Source: Eledone cirrhosa
Lineage: Eukaryota
Reading direction: 5' to 3'
Assembly: GCA_964016885.1 (NCBI GenBank)
Contig: OZ024742.1
Span: 76,942,001-77,006,000, forward strand
DNA: 64,000 nucleotides
In this document: positions 27,150 to 40,503 of the stretch, in pieces
Position numbering within the stretch: position 1 is the first letter of the stretch
Layout of the letters: every line of letters starts with the position of its first letter
Notes under the pieces: generated by a model
The model's input: only the letters and a program-made list of their open reading frames with translations
Told to the model about the DNA's origin: nothing
Databases searched by the model: none
Position numbers and translations under genes: made by a program

Positions 27150-28286
27150 ATGCTTTCCGTTGACGATATAAACATCGTAGTTAAGACACCCCCACTAGAG
27201 AACAGTCAGGAACTAGAGAAAAACACAATGGAAAGCATCCAGCAAATAGCTAACTCCATCCACCAGAGTATTAGAGTTACTATAGACTACCCAGGTAAAC
27301 ACCCCAACCATCGATTACCTGTACTAGACACAGAGCTCTGGTTAGATACCATTAATAACAAAAAACACATCCTCCATTCCCATTATGCCAAACCCATGAC
27401 TTCCAAACATCTGATCCACCGAAACTCGGCTGTTTCGGACCATACCAAAATCAACATACTGATTGCGGATTTGGTACGGGTGATGAGAAACTTGTCCCGC
27501 ATGTGCAACCCCGAAGAACTAGAGAGACACATACATCACTTCATCCACCGTATGCAGTTCTCTGGGTACAATCAGAGAGATAAAATCAGAGTGTATAGAG
27601 GAGCCAGAACCAAATGGGAAAAAATGGTAAATAATGACACAAATGGGACCTGCCTTTTGTATAGGTGCACATTTTGAAATAGAATAGAAAGAACTAGGAA
27701 TAAGGCTAATAGAATAAACTCATGGTATGATAGCAATAAATACCAGAGTGTAATGTTCATCGATACAACCCCTAGAGGTGAATTAGCTTACAAATTTAGA
27801 AGGGCCCTAGATAAACATAAACTCAATATTAAGGTAGTAGAAAGACCAGGTACCTCCGTAAAAACACTTATTAGCAAGATATACCCTTTCCAAAGACCCC
27901 GCTGTATAGATAAGAAATGTATAACCTGTAAAATAAGCCCCCATATTAATTGTAAAACTAGAAATGTAGTGTATAGCATAAGATGTACTGAAGGACAATG
28001 TAGAGACAAAAAGATAGTGTACATAGGCGAGACAGCTCGTAGTGTAGGGGAACTGATAAATGAACACTTGCGAGAATTTCAAGATAGTAAAGAATCATCT
28101 GTACTCTACCAACATGCTAAAATAGAACACAAGGGTAAATTAGAGAACATAGAAATAAAAATAGAATCTACACACAGAAAAGACGCAATGTTTAGACAAA
28201 TCACAGAGGCAATAAACATAAAAGAATTACAACCAAAATTAAATAGAAAATATGAGTGGAACAGCAACATCACATCTTACAATTAA
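27150..28286 (+). pseudogene. PLE RT C-terminal half + GIY-YIG endonuclease (one in-frame stop)
   Basis: ORFs 27150-27677 and 27753-28286 share a frame and carry the motifs listed for the element. Confidence 0.85.
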
Positions 28287-28486
28287 GGACAAAATGAAAA
28301 CACACACACACATAGAACAAACAACCAACCGGTAACATGTAAATAAACAAATAAATAAACAAATATAAACACACACAGACACCCGCATGTGGCGCATGCA
28401 CAGACTGAGCACACAACACACACACAGAAACAAAATGGCGTAGGACAGAACAAAGGAGAGACACAAAAACAAAGAAAGAATCCCCA

Positions 28487-28529
28487 GTCACTGAAGAGGT
28501 CACAGAATGTGTGACGAAAGAACTTTGAC
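28487..28529 (+). ncRNA. Minimal hammerhead ribozyme
   Basis: Stem I GTCA/TGAC, CTGAAGA(G), stem II GTCACA/TGTGAC, GAAA GAAC TT. Confidence 0.7.
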
Positions 28530-29803
28530 AATATATAAACAATTATCTGGTTGTGGAACCAACCAACCAACCAACCAGAAATTTATAAATTCCTAAATTT
28601 ATAAATTCATTATAATAAATTGAAGTGAAACAACTGGTGCGTGTGTTTCTTATTGGCAACATGACCCTCCCAAAGTATAACAATATCGGTTTCAACACAC
28701 GATTTCAGATAAAGAATCTTGCTAAACAAATTCAGAAACGAAATATATATATATATATATATATACATATATATACGTGTGTTTGATATATATATATTAT
28801 TTATTCAATAACACGAAAATAATACCTTAACTTATGTTATGTAACTTATATTACTTATTTTAAAGAAGGTTCTGATTTCAGGTAATTATGTTTCTCTGAG
28901 ATGACAGTTGCGCCATATTGTAAATCCTTCTCCTCTCCAAATTAAGTGAATCTCTTTCTGTTTATAGCTGTACAAGGGGAAACATGACAAGAAAATATTC
29001 GAGCATTTATTTACATGAATATTGTAAAAAAGGTAATTGGTTTTAAATCGCTGAGAAGTCTTATTTTAAAAGCATTTTTATTTGATGTAAATTGAAATAA
29101 GGTGGGCAGAATAAAATATTGCGAAGTAGGATTTGATGTTATAAACATAATTTAGTATATAATGACTGAAAATAATCAGCGTAAATTACACTATGTAATT
29201 TTAGGAAACATGAATATATCAGGTGTGCAACAATCACGACACGTGCGGTAGTTTTCTCTGTATATTTTCAAGAATGTAGCATAGATTTGTTGAAAATGAC
29301 ATGAACAAATCAGGATTTCCGTGTACTGAATTCAAATCCACATATAACAATTTTGTTTTTGTTTGTTTTTGGTAGTCTACGTCAGTCTATATTTCCAGCG
29401 AAATCCCGCGACTGCCTCAATCCTTATTTACAAATCGATATTAATGAATAATATTGTTGCTGATATTCTTATTAAATACAGATACGAAGCTGCTTATATC
29501 TAAATTCTTAATTATCTTTGATTGAATCCTATCATGATCGCAATGTATTCTTCTAAGAATTCTTTGTCGAACCATAGAGAAGATAGTAATAGAGTAAAGT
29601 TATCATCATAGCTGTAATCAACGAACGAACAGAATTCAAAGACATTATATTTCAAACATTATTTGTGATAAGCGATTAAAGAAATAAGTATATTTTAAGA
29701 TATTCCGGTACAATTTATTTAGTGGATGATAAGGGACACTAACATGAATATTTTCTATTTCTACTCTGACTGTTGACCTCCTATAATTACTTCACCAAAT
29801 ACC

Positions 29804-29855
<52 letters not shown>

Positions 29856-30933
29856 ACAGTATATGTAATATATATAATGAATATGAAATATTTATGAGAA
29901 ACTAAACAAATAGTAATCAATGAAAGCAAAAGAAAATAGAGTTGAAAAGGACTATACATGTGAGGATAAGATCAAGAATTATTGAACAAACAAAGAAAAA
30001 GGGTAAGCGAGAGAGTGGCAGAATCTACACCTATGTTAGCGGTGTTTCGGGTGCGCCCCACGGACAAAACGGCAAAGGCATTGCCGTGGATAATGACCAG
30101 CGTTACCTGCTGCAATACCCAACACCTAGTCGCATTGCTCCTTCCTAAAAAAGGTAGATGTTATTCCGATTTTACGGAGGGGGTCAGCTGAAGGTGACAA
30201 GGCCCATTATATCAGTTTTGGCCTCCTCAGCATTGTCTATTACAGAGGTTTGTGGCAGAAGCGACTAGGTTGGAGGCGGAAAAGTTGATGCAGCATGTCG
30301 CGAGTTATACATAACTTGACTTAAACATTTTATAACAAAAAGGATAAACATGATAAAAAACGTACAATATAAGTGGCAAAAACTGAAGGAACAGAATAAA
30401 AAGAGAAAATAGATATGGAGCAAGAAAGGAAACTCTGATAAGAACAGTATTACAAACACGTTACATTATACATCACTCGTCTAATTAATTTGATCCTCTT
30501 CCTAACAGATGCTTGCTTGACAGAATTATACAATATCTATTGCATACCTTTATACATACAAGATATTTATAGTTCTGGCGTTATATAAGGGGATGTCATG
30601 TGTTTTTTCTGTGTCTTCGAGTATTATATAATACATTATATATCATGATTTGCAAAATTGAAATACATCCATCGTAGAAAATGGTGTTAATTCGTAGTTC
30701 TTCATGAGTTATCCTGAATTAAATGTTCGTCATTTGAAACAATGTTTACAATTTATTGAACGAAGTACTGTTCTATGACTGAAGGGAATATTTAACAAGA
30801 TAAACACTATGCTAAACAAAAATAAAAGTAATTGGTATCCATAGTAAAGAAAGCGAAACGCCCAAGAAACGGAAAATAAATTAAATTAATAGATACACAC
30901 GCACACACACACGCACACACACACACACACACA

Positions 30934-30979
<46 letters not shown>

Positions 30980-31459
30980 AACACACACACACACACACAC
31001 ACACACACCCACACAAATATATATGTGTGTGTGTGTGTGTCTGTGAGTATAAATGGAGAAAGAATAACTAAGTTATACTCAAAATATAATCTGAATGTTT
31101 GAATGTATAGCGCCAGGTTATACCATGTTACATGCGACGTATCTCTCCGTCGCTCTACATATCTTCAGGAATTTATATATTGCTGTATGTTTCAAGAGTA
31201 TTACATACAAGAGATAACTTCATATCATTGATGATGTTCATACAACAACAAGGTTAATGGAGCGCTTTCTTGATAATCACTAGACACAGAAACGATGTCG
31301 TTGATATTTACCCACTTTGAGCTTTTCCTGGAATCCGCTAGATGGTGCCACGTCATCAGTTTCGAAATTCATTGCTGAAGGCTTTCTAAATGGTTTTGTT
31401 AATATAGTATATCGCCAGATATACGAAATACTCATACATGTGTGTGTGTGTATGTTTAT

Positions 31460-31503
<44 letters not shown>

Positions 31504-31544
31504 GAAACGACGAAGACAGACAAAGGACAGAATATAACATATTC

Positions 31545-33570
31545 AATGACATATTTGCAAATTCCGTCCTGGAATATGCACACGCTGCTGGATTTCCTAG
31601 TCTCAAAACACCCCGAACATCGAACTGCTCTTATCTGTAAACAGCTCCATCCGTATCAACTGTATATTGCCACTCTTTCGGAAACACCACTCGAGGATTG
31701 CTACCTAGAGGAACCAAGTTTAGGATATACCTTATTCTATAAGGGCCGGCCAGAAAATTAGCCTCTTGTAGCTGGAGCCGTTTTTGCTCTAAGAACTGCT
31801 TTGGTGCAACATCTAACAGAGCTTTGGCATGGTATTTCTGATCGGATTATGACATTTAGGAGGCCACTCTAATAAAAGAGTTTTATGACTTTGGTCATTG
31901 TGTGTGTGTGCTCCAAATCTTGTAAATCCCCAAGAAGAAATAAATGAGTTTTATGCAGATCAAAGAATAACCTTGAGTGTAGATATGACAAATGTTTAGC
32001 GTTGGAATGTTCGCATTGGCTATAACTTTAACGTATGGAATTTCATAGGATGTCCTGCAATGAGTAAATGCACTAAAAATGGACTTCTCCGGATAAAGGT
32101 GTGCCACGAATTCAACTATGTCATCGGAGACAAATCTTACAGACAGAAGAACAAGTGCAAGATGACTTGGATGCACCCACGCTTACCTCATTGGCATAAT
32201 ATTGATTGTCATTGATAGGTGTAAATATTTGCGGGATGTCAGACCTGTCCGTTGCATGAGAGGGGAAGATTTCTGGACAGATCAGCGGCTCCTAAAAGCA
32301 ACCCTCCCTGTTCATGTTTGAAAGAAGATGACGCATATGGGTGTCAGTGAGTAGAGACCTATAAGCATTTCCTAATTAGCCTTCCCAGAAATTGATAGAC
32401 ATTTTAAGAAGCAGTTCAGAAAATTGAAGTAATCAAAAAATCAACACTTTCGATGCATGTTTTGGGGACAGCAGCCATGTCTTTGGGCTATGCAGAGAAA
32501 ATACATCAGGGCTGGTTTACTGCAAGAGAAACACTAGGGGAAAGCCTTCCCAGGGAAAAGAAAGCATGTGTAGACAAGCACTTGAAGGAAGGTGCAGGAA
32601 AATCTCAGCAGAAAAAGATTCATGTTGGCACGATATAACACATCATATACAAGCTACTGCAGGAAGATGAGATGATATATTATTATATCACAAACAGCAC
32701 ACATTGTATGGCCCGCCCACCACAATCCTTGCTCCATTGAAGTCAAAGAATAGAAACACAATGTTGCGAAAGCCTGAGGAAATCAAGGCAAGACACCTTC
32801 AACACTTTATCGACCTCCTAAGCCATTTACCTCTAGTTAATCCCGGTGTGATTGAGACAGTGGAGCAGGCTCCTGTTATTAATATATTTCATGATCCTCC
32901 AAAATTGGAAGAGCTTATTGAACACTGGTGAAGCACCTGGGAAAGATGGTATAGTGACTGAAATCATGCAACATATACTACCAAGTGTGGTTGCAGGATT
33001 CAGTCCAACGGGACTAGAAGGATGCCATTCTCAACTCCCTCTTGAAGAAGGGATTCAAAAATGTTTGTAACAACTACTGTAGGATCACTACTATCATGTG
33101 TTGATAAAATCTTTACCAGGATCCTTCTTAATAGTCTGTTGATGCATATTGCACCCAACATTCTGTTGGAATTTCAGTGTGGTTTTCGCCTGAATCGGGG
33201 ACTACAGATATAATCTTCACGGTACGTAACATGCAGAAAAAGTGTAAGGAGCAATAGCTTAATTTGTTGATCTCACGAAAGCCTTTCACAGTAAAGACTT
33301 GGAGTATAAACTTTGAGCTAGGTTGCCCTGAAAGATTACCATTGCATGATGACATGAGATCATGGGACCTTGTCAATGGTGAGCTACTAGAACCTTTCTC
33401 AATTGAGACAGGTGTGAAATAGGGTGGCCTACTCTCCCCGACTATGCTTGTCTTCTTTGTTGCTGTTTTTTTGCTTCACGGCATTCACCAACACCGATTC
33501 TGGCATATCTATATACGTTATGGAACAACAGGAAGGCTTTTTAATATACAACAATTCCTTGCTACATGAA
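31545..33570 (+). mobile_element. Degraded RTE-clade LINE (APE endonuclease + RT)
   Basis: SWNMHTLLD, PEHRTAL, LSET, GYTLFYKG; APGKDGI; QCGFR..RGTTDIIFTVRNMQKKCKEQ; TGVK*G..LSP; many stops and frameshifts. Confidence 0.85.
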
Positions 33571-34103
33571 TGATTCGCCAAAAAGGCTGGTACTCAGAAA
33601 CTAATCATAAATCTGCCCTCTAGTTGTTTTAATTTTAATTATTTTTCAATCTTTTTCATCTTATTTCATCCTAACGAACAATAAAGCATAAACAACCTTT
33701 AGTGTTTCTGTAAGGTGTATCCGTAAAATATTATTTCTTACGTCTTCCTTCCAGTTCTCTATAGCTCACTCACGTCTAGCTTACCTCCAATCATCACTTA
33801 CGTAACACTAGTAATATATATTAAAGGAGTATATATATTAAAGAGATATATATAGAGAGAGAGTGAGAGAGAGTGAGAGAGAGATTGATTGGTTTGAATT
33901 TAACCGAGACGCCAGGCAATTTTGGGTTGGCTTCGCGGTTGGCTTCATATCTCTCTATAAGCACGCTGCATCTGAACACGTATAGAGTACTCCCATAATG
34001 TTTGGTCTCCCCGTTTTCAGCACCACAGTCTCTCTCTCTCTATCCCCCCTCTCTCTTTCTCTCTCTCTTTCTTTCCATATATATATATATATATATATAT
34101 ATA

Positions 34104-34581
34104 GTAATAATAATAAATTTGAAGACTAAAATCCAAAGAGGGCTCGATAAGGATAAATATATATCAAATATATAAGAACCGTAGAGCAAATATTTATTAA
34201 AATAACAGATGAAAGTTTAAGCAAAGAATCGCTGCCTTCACCCTTAACGGGATCTTCTGAAACTAACAAAGTCAATCTGTAAACGCAGAAGTGGATATTT
34301 CAAAAAACGTTGCAACCGGAGGAAGACAGGAAGACGATACTTTGGTTCGTGGAAACGTTCCGTGGCAAATAACGTATTAATGACGTATTATATTCGTTTT
34401 TTCCCGTTCTTTGCCAGGGAACGGTTCCACGAACCAAAGTATCGTCTTCCTGTCTTCCTCCGGTTGCAACGTTTTTTGAAATATCCACTTCTGCGTTTAC
34501 AGATTGACTTTGTTAGTTTCAGAAGATCCCGTTAAGGGTGAAAGCAGCGATTCTTTGATTAAACTTTCATCTGTTATTTTA

Positions 34582-34589
<8 letters not shown>
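34104..34589 (-). mobile_element. Palindromic PLE mini-element (185 bp arms + ~85 nt tail)
   Basis: Arms 34190-34374 and 34405-34589 are near-perfect. Contains the variant HHR-like CAGAAGA tCCC-gttaa-GGGt GAAA and a minus-strand tail with GCTC...TC GAGC. Confidence 0.85.
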
Positions 34590-34659
<70 letters not shown>

Positions 34660-34689
34660 AGATCAAAAGATGGTTAAAGGAGTTCAATA

Positions 34690-34760
34690 TATTTTATTAT
34701 GCGCATTTCAAAAACAAACATCATCAAACAATAATATTTGTGTTTTCATCAGATAAAACA
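34690..34760 (-). ncRNA. Type I hammerhead ribozyme (inverted-arm copy)
   Basis: Reverse complement of 40230-40300. Confidence 0.8.
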
Positions 34761-35699
34761 GGAGAACATGATATGAAGGCTAAAAAAACACTTGTTGATA
34801 GTGCAGTTTTAAATCAACATATGAAAAGTGGTTTTAGATTGATGTGTGATATTGGGAAAAATATTTTATTTAGAGAGGGGGGGAGAGAAAAGGATGAAAA
34901 GGGAAGGAGATGAGAGGGAGAGATGGGTGATAGAGAGAAAGAGATAGTTTTTATAACAGAGAGGAGATATATTTTATATAGAGGGGTTGAAAACCGTTGG
35001 AAGATACTGTATAAATTAAAAATTTTGAAAATTAACGAAGGGAGGATATGTGCGAGGAAAAAATATATTATATTTAGGGAGGGGTGGGGGTGGAAAGGAT
35101 GAAAAAAAAGGGGGAGGAGATGAGAGTGAAGGTGGAAAGGGAGAGATGGGTGATAGAGAGAAAGAGATAGTTTTTATAACTGAGAAAAAGATATAATGTT
35201 TTAATATAGAGAGGTTGGGAACCGTTGGAAGATAATGTATAAATTAAAGGAATTTGAAAATTAACGAAGGGAAATTATGTATGGAGATAGAGAGAAAAAA
35301 AATAACGAAGGGAGATTATGTATGGAGATAGAGAGAAAAAAATAATAATTGTGGGTGAATATTCAAAAGGAGAAATGTAGGAATCTTAAAATTAGCAAAG
35401 AGAAAATGTTTATGTATAGGATTTGAGAAAAATTTATATTGAATTCATATGTATTAATAATGAGTTCGTTGATGGGGAGAAAAAAATAATAATAATAAAT
35501 TAAGGATGAAATTGAGATTAAAAAGATTTATGATAGAGAGAAAAAATAATAATGATTGCGGATGAATACTCAAAATGTCAAAAACAAATGTTATTGTTTT
35601 ACGAAGAGATATAATGAGGGTGATGAGTAAACGGGTATTATAGAGTGTATAATGCCCTTTAAAGTAAGGTAGATGGGTATATTTTAAAGAATATATGAG

Positions 35700-35738
<39 letters not shown>

Positions 35739-37094
35739 TATAATAATAAATTAAGGATGAAATTGAGATTAAAAAGATTTATGATAGAGGGAAAAAAAAT
35801 AATAATGATTGCGGATGAATATTCAAAATGTCAAAAAACAAATGTTATTGTTTTACGAGAAGATAGGATGAGGTAAATGAATAAACGAGTACTATAGAGT
35901 GTATAATGCCCTTTAAAGTAAGGTAGATGGGTATATTTTAAAGAGGTGTATGTATATGTGCCTTTGAGAAAAGATTCTAAATTGATAAAGAATTGAATAT
36001 TAACTGTATACTTTGTGAAAAGTTCTATGGAATTTATGAAGGCAGATGGAAAACAAATCCGAGCGTCTATTTATTATGGATTCTAGGTTAGAGATAATGG
36101 TAAATTTTTCATTTAGGCAGAGATTACAGATTTTAGATAGAGAACTGTTCAAGTACGAGGATGCAGAAGAAATCTTTTTCCAAAAGATGTTATATTTAAT
36201 GTTTTTGTCTTTTAAGGACCATATGAGTTCTGAGAGAGCAGTGTTAGTTCTTTTAAGTTTGTATTTGAAAGATGAATGATGATTATAGAGACGAGCTTTA
36301 AAAGAGGTGGAAGTGGAGCCAAAATAGGTGAAGGAGTTGGTGCTAGTTATAATTTTACATTCATAAATTAAGTTTTTATCGAGGCAATGGTTGTTGAGAG
36401 GACATTTATTTTTAATGCGGCAGTTGCAATTAGAGAGATTATTAATGAGTGATCTAGTGTTATCTATAGAAGGAATTGGATTGGAGAAGTTGTTTGCGAT
36501 AGGAATAATAGGAATAATAGTTTCTTGATTTAGAGTTGGATTATGAACATTTAGCGAAGTTGTGTTTGACGTTGCATTTGGGTTTACAGAAGTTAGCCTA
36601 GGGTTTACAATGACGTCAGGAGTACTATTATTGTTATTATGAGATTCAATATTGGAAGGAAGAGATTTAGTATTTAATATTTTGTTGTTGTGTTTAGAAA
36701 TGATGTTGGAAATATTGGAGGATGTAGAATACGAAAATTTAATGGTGTGTTTGTTAAATATTTTACTATAGATATGTGAGGGAGGGAAGCATTTATTTAA
36801 GGCACTAAAAAATAATTTAGGAATATTGTTATTAATAGAGATGGAGAAAGGAGCATTATACCAGATTATGTTTTTGTATCTAGGTCTTTTATTAAAATTA
36901 TTGGAATGGTTATGATTAAATATTCTACTGTAAGTTTTCCTAGAATTTGTTTCTTTATTATATTTGATTTTATCTGGATAGCCAGCTTTAGAAAGTGCGT
37001 TATTATAGTAATTGGCGATAGCATCAAAGATGTTTTTATTAGAAGATATGTTAGATATTCTATTTCCAATATTATTAACTATATAGATTAAGAT

Positions 37095-38981
37095 ATGTTA
37101 GATATTCTATTTCCAATATTATTAACTCCGAGGATAAATCTCAAGGATCACAAAAACAATTTTCGCACTGAACTACCTGTTAGATTAATCGCCCCCTCTA
37201 AATCTGATCTGGGGGTTGTTAGTAAAGCCATCTTGGATAGGATTATCCCACAGGTTAGTTCTAATTGCTCTTCTTTAAACCTACATTTATGGTTTGGTAC
37301 TTCTGAAGTGATTGGCTGGTTCAACAAATTGGATAATAAAAACAAACTAAAATTTATTCAATTCGATATTGCCAGCTACTATTCCTCCATTTCGCCTTCA
37401 CTTCTCAATAATGCTCTATCTTTCGCACTTAAATATTCTGACATCACCACAGATGAACTTCACATCATCCTCACCGCACGTAAAACCATCCTAGAGTTCA
37501 ACAACGAATATTGGACCAGAGCCGATACCTCTAACAACTTCGACATCACAATGGGAGCATCCGATTCATCCCAATTGACTGATTTAATTGGTATCTTCAT
37601 TTTGAACTCTTTGAGTCGGAAAATTCCTCAACTTCGCGGTGGAATTTATCGTGACGATGGACTCTTTACTATCCTAAATTGCAATATAGTTAAACTTAAT
37701 ATTATTAAGAACAATATACGTAATCTCTTTAACCAACATAACCTAAAAATTGAATTTGATAATAGTACCAAACTAGCTAATTTCTTGGATGTATCTCTTA
37801 ATCTTGACACTGGCCTATATTACCCTTACCATAAAAACAATGAGAATCTTAATTATGTTAACTTTAAATCTAACCATCCTACCAATATCAAGAATGCTAT
37901 AGTTAATAATATTGGAAATAGAATATCTAACATATCTTCTAATAAAAACATCTTTGATGCTAACGCCAATTACTATAATAACGCACTTTCTAAAGCTGGC
38001 TATCCAGATAAAATCAAATATAATAAAGAAACAAATTCTAGGAAAACTTACAGTAGAATATTTAATCATAACCATTCCAATAATTTTAATAAAAGACCTA
38101 GATACAAAAACATAATCTGGTATAATGCTCCTTTCTCCATCTCTATTAATAACAATATTCCTAAATTATTTTTTAGTGCCTTAAATAAATGCTTCCCTCC
38201 CTCACATATCTATAGTAAAATATTTAACAAACACACCATTAAATTTTCGTATTCTACATCCTCCAATATTTCCAACATCATTTCTAAACACAACAACAAA
38301 ATATTAAATACTAAATCTCTTCCTTCCAATATTGAATCTCATAATAACAATAATAGTACTCCTGACGTCATTGTAAACCCTAGGCTAACTTCTGTAAACC
38401 CAAATGCAACGTCAAACACAACTTCGCTAAATGTTCATAATCCAACTCTAAATCAAGAAACTATTATTCCTATTATTCCTATCGCAAACAACTTCTCCAA
38501 TCCAATTCCTTCTATAGATAACACTAGATCACTCATTAATAATCTCTCTAATTGCAACTGCCGCATTAAAAATAAATGTCCTCTCAACAACCATTGCCTC
38601 GATAAAAACTTAATTTATGAATGTAAAATTATAACTAGCACCAACTCCTTCACCTATTTTGGCTCCACTTCCACCTCTTTTAAAGCTCGTCTCTATAATC
38701 ATCATTCATCTTTCAAATACAAACTTAAAAGAACTAACACTGCTCTCTCAGAACTCATATGGTCCTTAAAAGACAAAAACATTAAATATAACATCTTTTG
38801 GAAAAAGATTTCTTCTGCATCCTCGTACTTGAACAGTTCTCTATCTAAAATCTGTAATCTCTGCCTAAATGAAAAATTTACCATTATCTCTAACCTAGAA
38901 TCCATAATAAATAGACGCTCGGATTTGTTTTCCATCTGCCTTCATAAATTCCATAGAACTTTTCACAAAGTATACAGTTAA
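37095..38981 (+). CDS. Hydra-type PLE RT + GIY-YIG protein (N-truncated, catalytic motifs intact)
   Basis: RLIAPSKSDLG, FIQFDI, TMGASDS, YRDDG, NFLDV, CNC-x5-C, LIY..YFG, KARLYNH, CNLCLNEK, CLH. Confidence 0.92.
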   Translation: MLDILFPILLTPRINLKDHKNNFRTELPVRLIAPSKSDLGVVSKAILDRIIPQVSSNCSSLNLHLWFGTSEVIGWFNKLDNKNKLKFIQFDIASYYSSISPSLLNNALSFALKYSDITTDELHIILTARKTILEFNNEYWTRADTSNNFDITMGASDSSQLTDLIGIFILNSLSRKIPQLRGGIYRDDGLFTILNCNIVKLNIIKNNIRNLFNQHNLKIEFDNSTKLANFLDVSLNLDTGLYYPYHKNNENLNYVNFKSNHPTNIKNAIVNNIGNRISNISSNKNIFDANANYYNNALSKAGYPDKIKYNKETNSRKTYSRIFNHNHSNNFNKRPRYKNIIWYNAPFSISINNNIPKLFFSALNKCFPPSHIYSKIFNKHTIKFSYSTSSNISNIISKHNNKILNTKSLPSNIESHNNNNSTPDVIVNPRLTSVNPNATSNTTSLNVHNPTLNQETIIPIIPIANNFSNPIPSIDNTRSLINNLSNCNCRIKNKCPLNNHCLDKNLIYECKIITSTNSFTYFGSTSTSFKARLYNHHSSFKYKLKRTNTALSELIWSLKDKNIKYNIFWKKISSASSYLNSSLSKICNLCLNEKFTIISNLESIINRRSDLFSICLHKFHRTFHKVYS

Positions 38982-39244
38982 TATTCAATTCTTTATCAAT
39001 TTAGAATCTTTTCTCAAAGGCACATATACATACACCTCTTTAAAATATACCCATCTACCTTACTTTAAAGGGCATTATACACTCTATAGTACTCGTTTAT
39101 TCATTTACCTCATCCTATCTTCTCGTAAAACAATAACATTTGTTTTTTGACATTTTGAATATTCATCCGCAATCATTATTATTTTTTTTCCCTCTATCAT
39201 AAATCTTTTTAATCTCAATTTCATCCTTAATTTATTATTATATA

Positions 39245-39288
<44 letters not shown>

Positions 39289-40229
39289 CTCATATATTCT
39301 TTAAAATATACCCATCTACCTTACTTTAAAGGGCATTATACACTCTATAATACCCGTTTACTCATCACCCTCATTATATCTCTTCGTAAAACAATAACAT
39401 TTGTTTTTGACATTTTGAGTATTCATCCGCAATCATTATTATTTTTTCTCTCTATCATAAATCTTTTTAATCTCAATTTCATCCTTAATTTATTATTATT
39501 ATTTTTTTCTCCCCATCAACGAACTCATTATTAATACATATGAATTCAATATAAATTTTTCTCAAATCCTATACATAAACATTTTCTCTTTGCTAATTTT
39601 AAGATTCCTACATTTCTCCTTTTGAATATTCACCCACAATTATTATTTTTTTCTCTCTATCTCCATACATAATCTCCCTTCGTTATTTTTTTTCTCTCTA
39701 TCTCCATACATAATTTCCCTTCGTTAATTTTCAAATTCCTTTAATTTATACATTATCTTCCAACGGTTCCCAACCTCTCTATATTAAAACATTATATCTT
39801 TTTCTCAGTTATAAAAACTATCTCTTTCTCTCTATCACCCATCTCTCCCTTTCCACCTTCACTCTCATCTCCTCCCCCTTTTTTTTTTCATCCTTTCCAC
39901 CCCCACCCCTCCCTAAATATAATATATTTTTTCCTCGCACATATCCTCCCTTCGTTAATTTTCAAAATTTTTAATTTATACAGTATCTTCCAACGGTTTT
40001 CAACCCCTCTATATAAAATATATCTCCTCTCTGTTATAAAAACTATCTCTTTCTCTCTATCACCCATCTCTCCCTCTCATCTCCTTCCCTTTTCATCCTT
40101 TTCTCTCCCCCCCTCTCTAAATAAAATATTTTTCCCAATATCACACATCAATCTAAAACCACTTTTCATATGTTGATTTAAAACTGCACTATCAACAAGT
40201 GTTTTTGTAGCCTTCATATCATGTTCTCC

Positions 40230-40300
40230 TGTTTTATCTGATGAAAACACAAATATTATTGTTTGATGATGTTTGTTTTTGAAATGCGCATAATAAAATA
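40230..40300 (+). ncRNA. Type I hammerhead ribozyme
   Basis: Stem I TGTTTTAT/ATAAAATA, CTGATGA, long stem II (CAAATATTAT/ATGATGTTTG), GAAA, palindromic TGCGCA, AUA site. Confidence 0.85.
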
Positions 40301-40421
40301 TATTGAACTCCTTTAACCATCTTTTGATCTTATATTATGCATACTCCAGTCCCACAAACTGTAGAGTGCTTCTTATCCGATATCTGCATTGCTTTATTGT
40401 ACTACAATAAAACTCACCTCC

Positions 40422-40503
<82 letters not shown>

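Larger units (their letters stand above)
26047..28743 (+). mobile_element. Internally deleted Penelope-like element with a 5' terminal hairpin
   Basis: PLE N-terminus (DDELSVLLLPPKFA), a jump to VDD at ~27160, RLPVLD, YAKP, FSGY, a C-x4-C-x2-C linker, VVY..C..YIGET, EAINI..LQPKLN; 3' HHR; ends in (AT)n. Confidence 0.9.
34652..40424 (+). mobile_element. Young Hydra-type PLE with 2.4 kb inverted 5' arm
   Basis: 34652-37083 is the reverse complement of 37898-40338 with very few differences. Sense ORF 37095-38981; tail 40339-40424; (TA)n on both flanks. Confidence 0.95.

Noticed and set aside
36046-38935. Duplicated small ORFs (MENKSERL.., MVMIKYST.., MEIEYLT..) and MFSSKLFY.. at 56907/60029
   Set aside because: They are shadow or UTR frames duplicated by the inverted and direct pLTRs.
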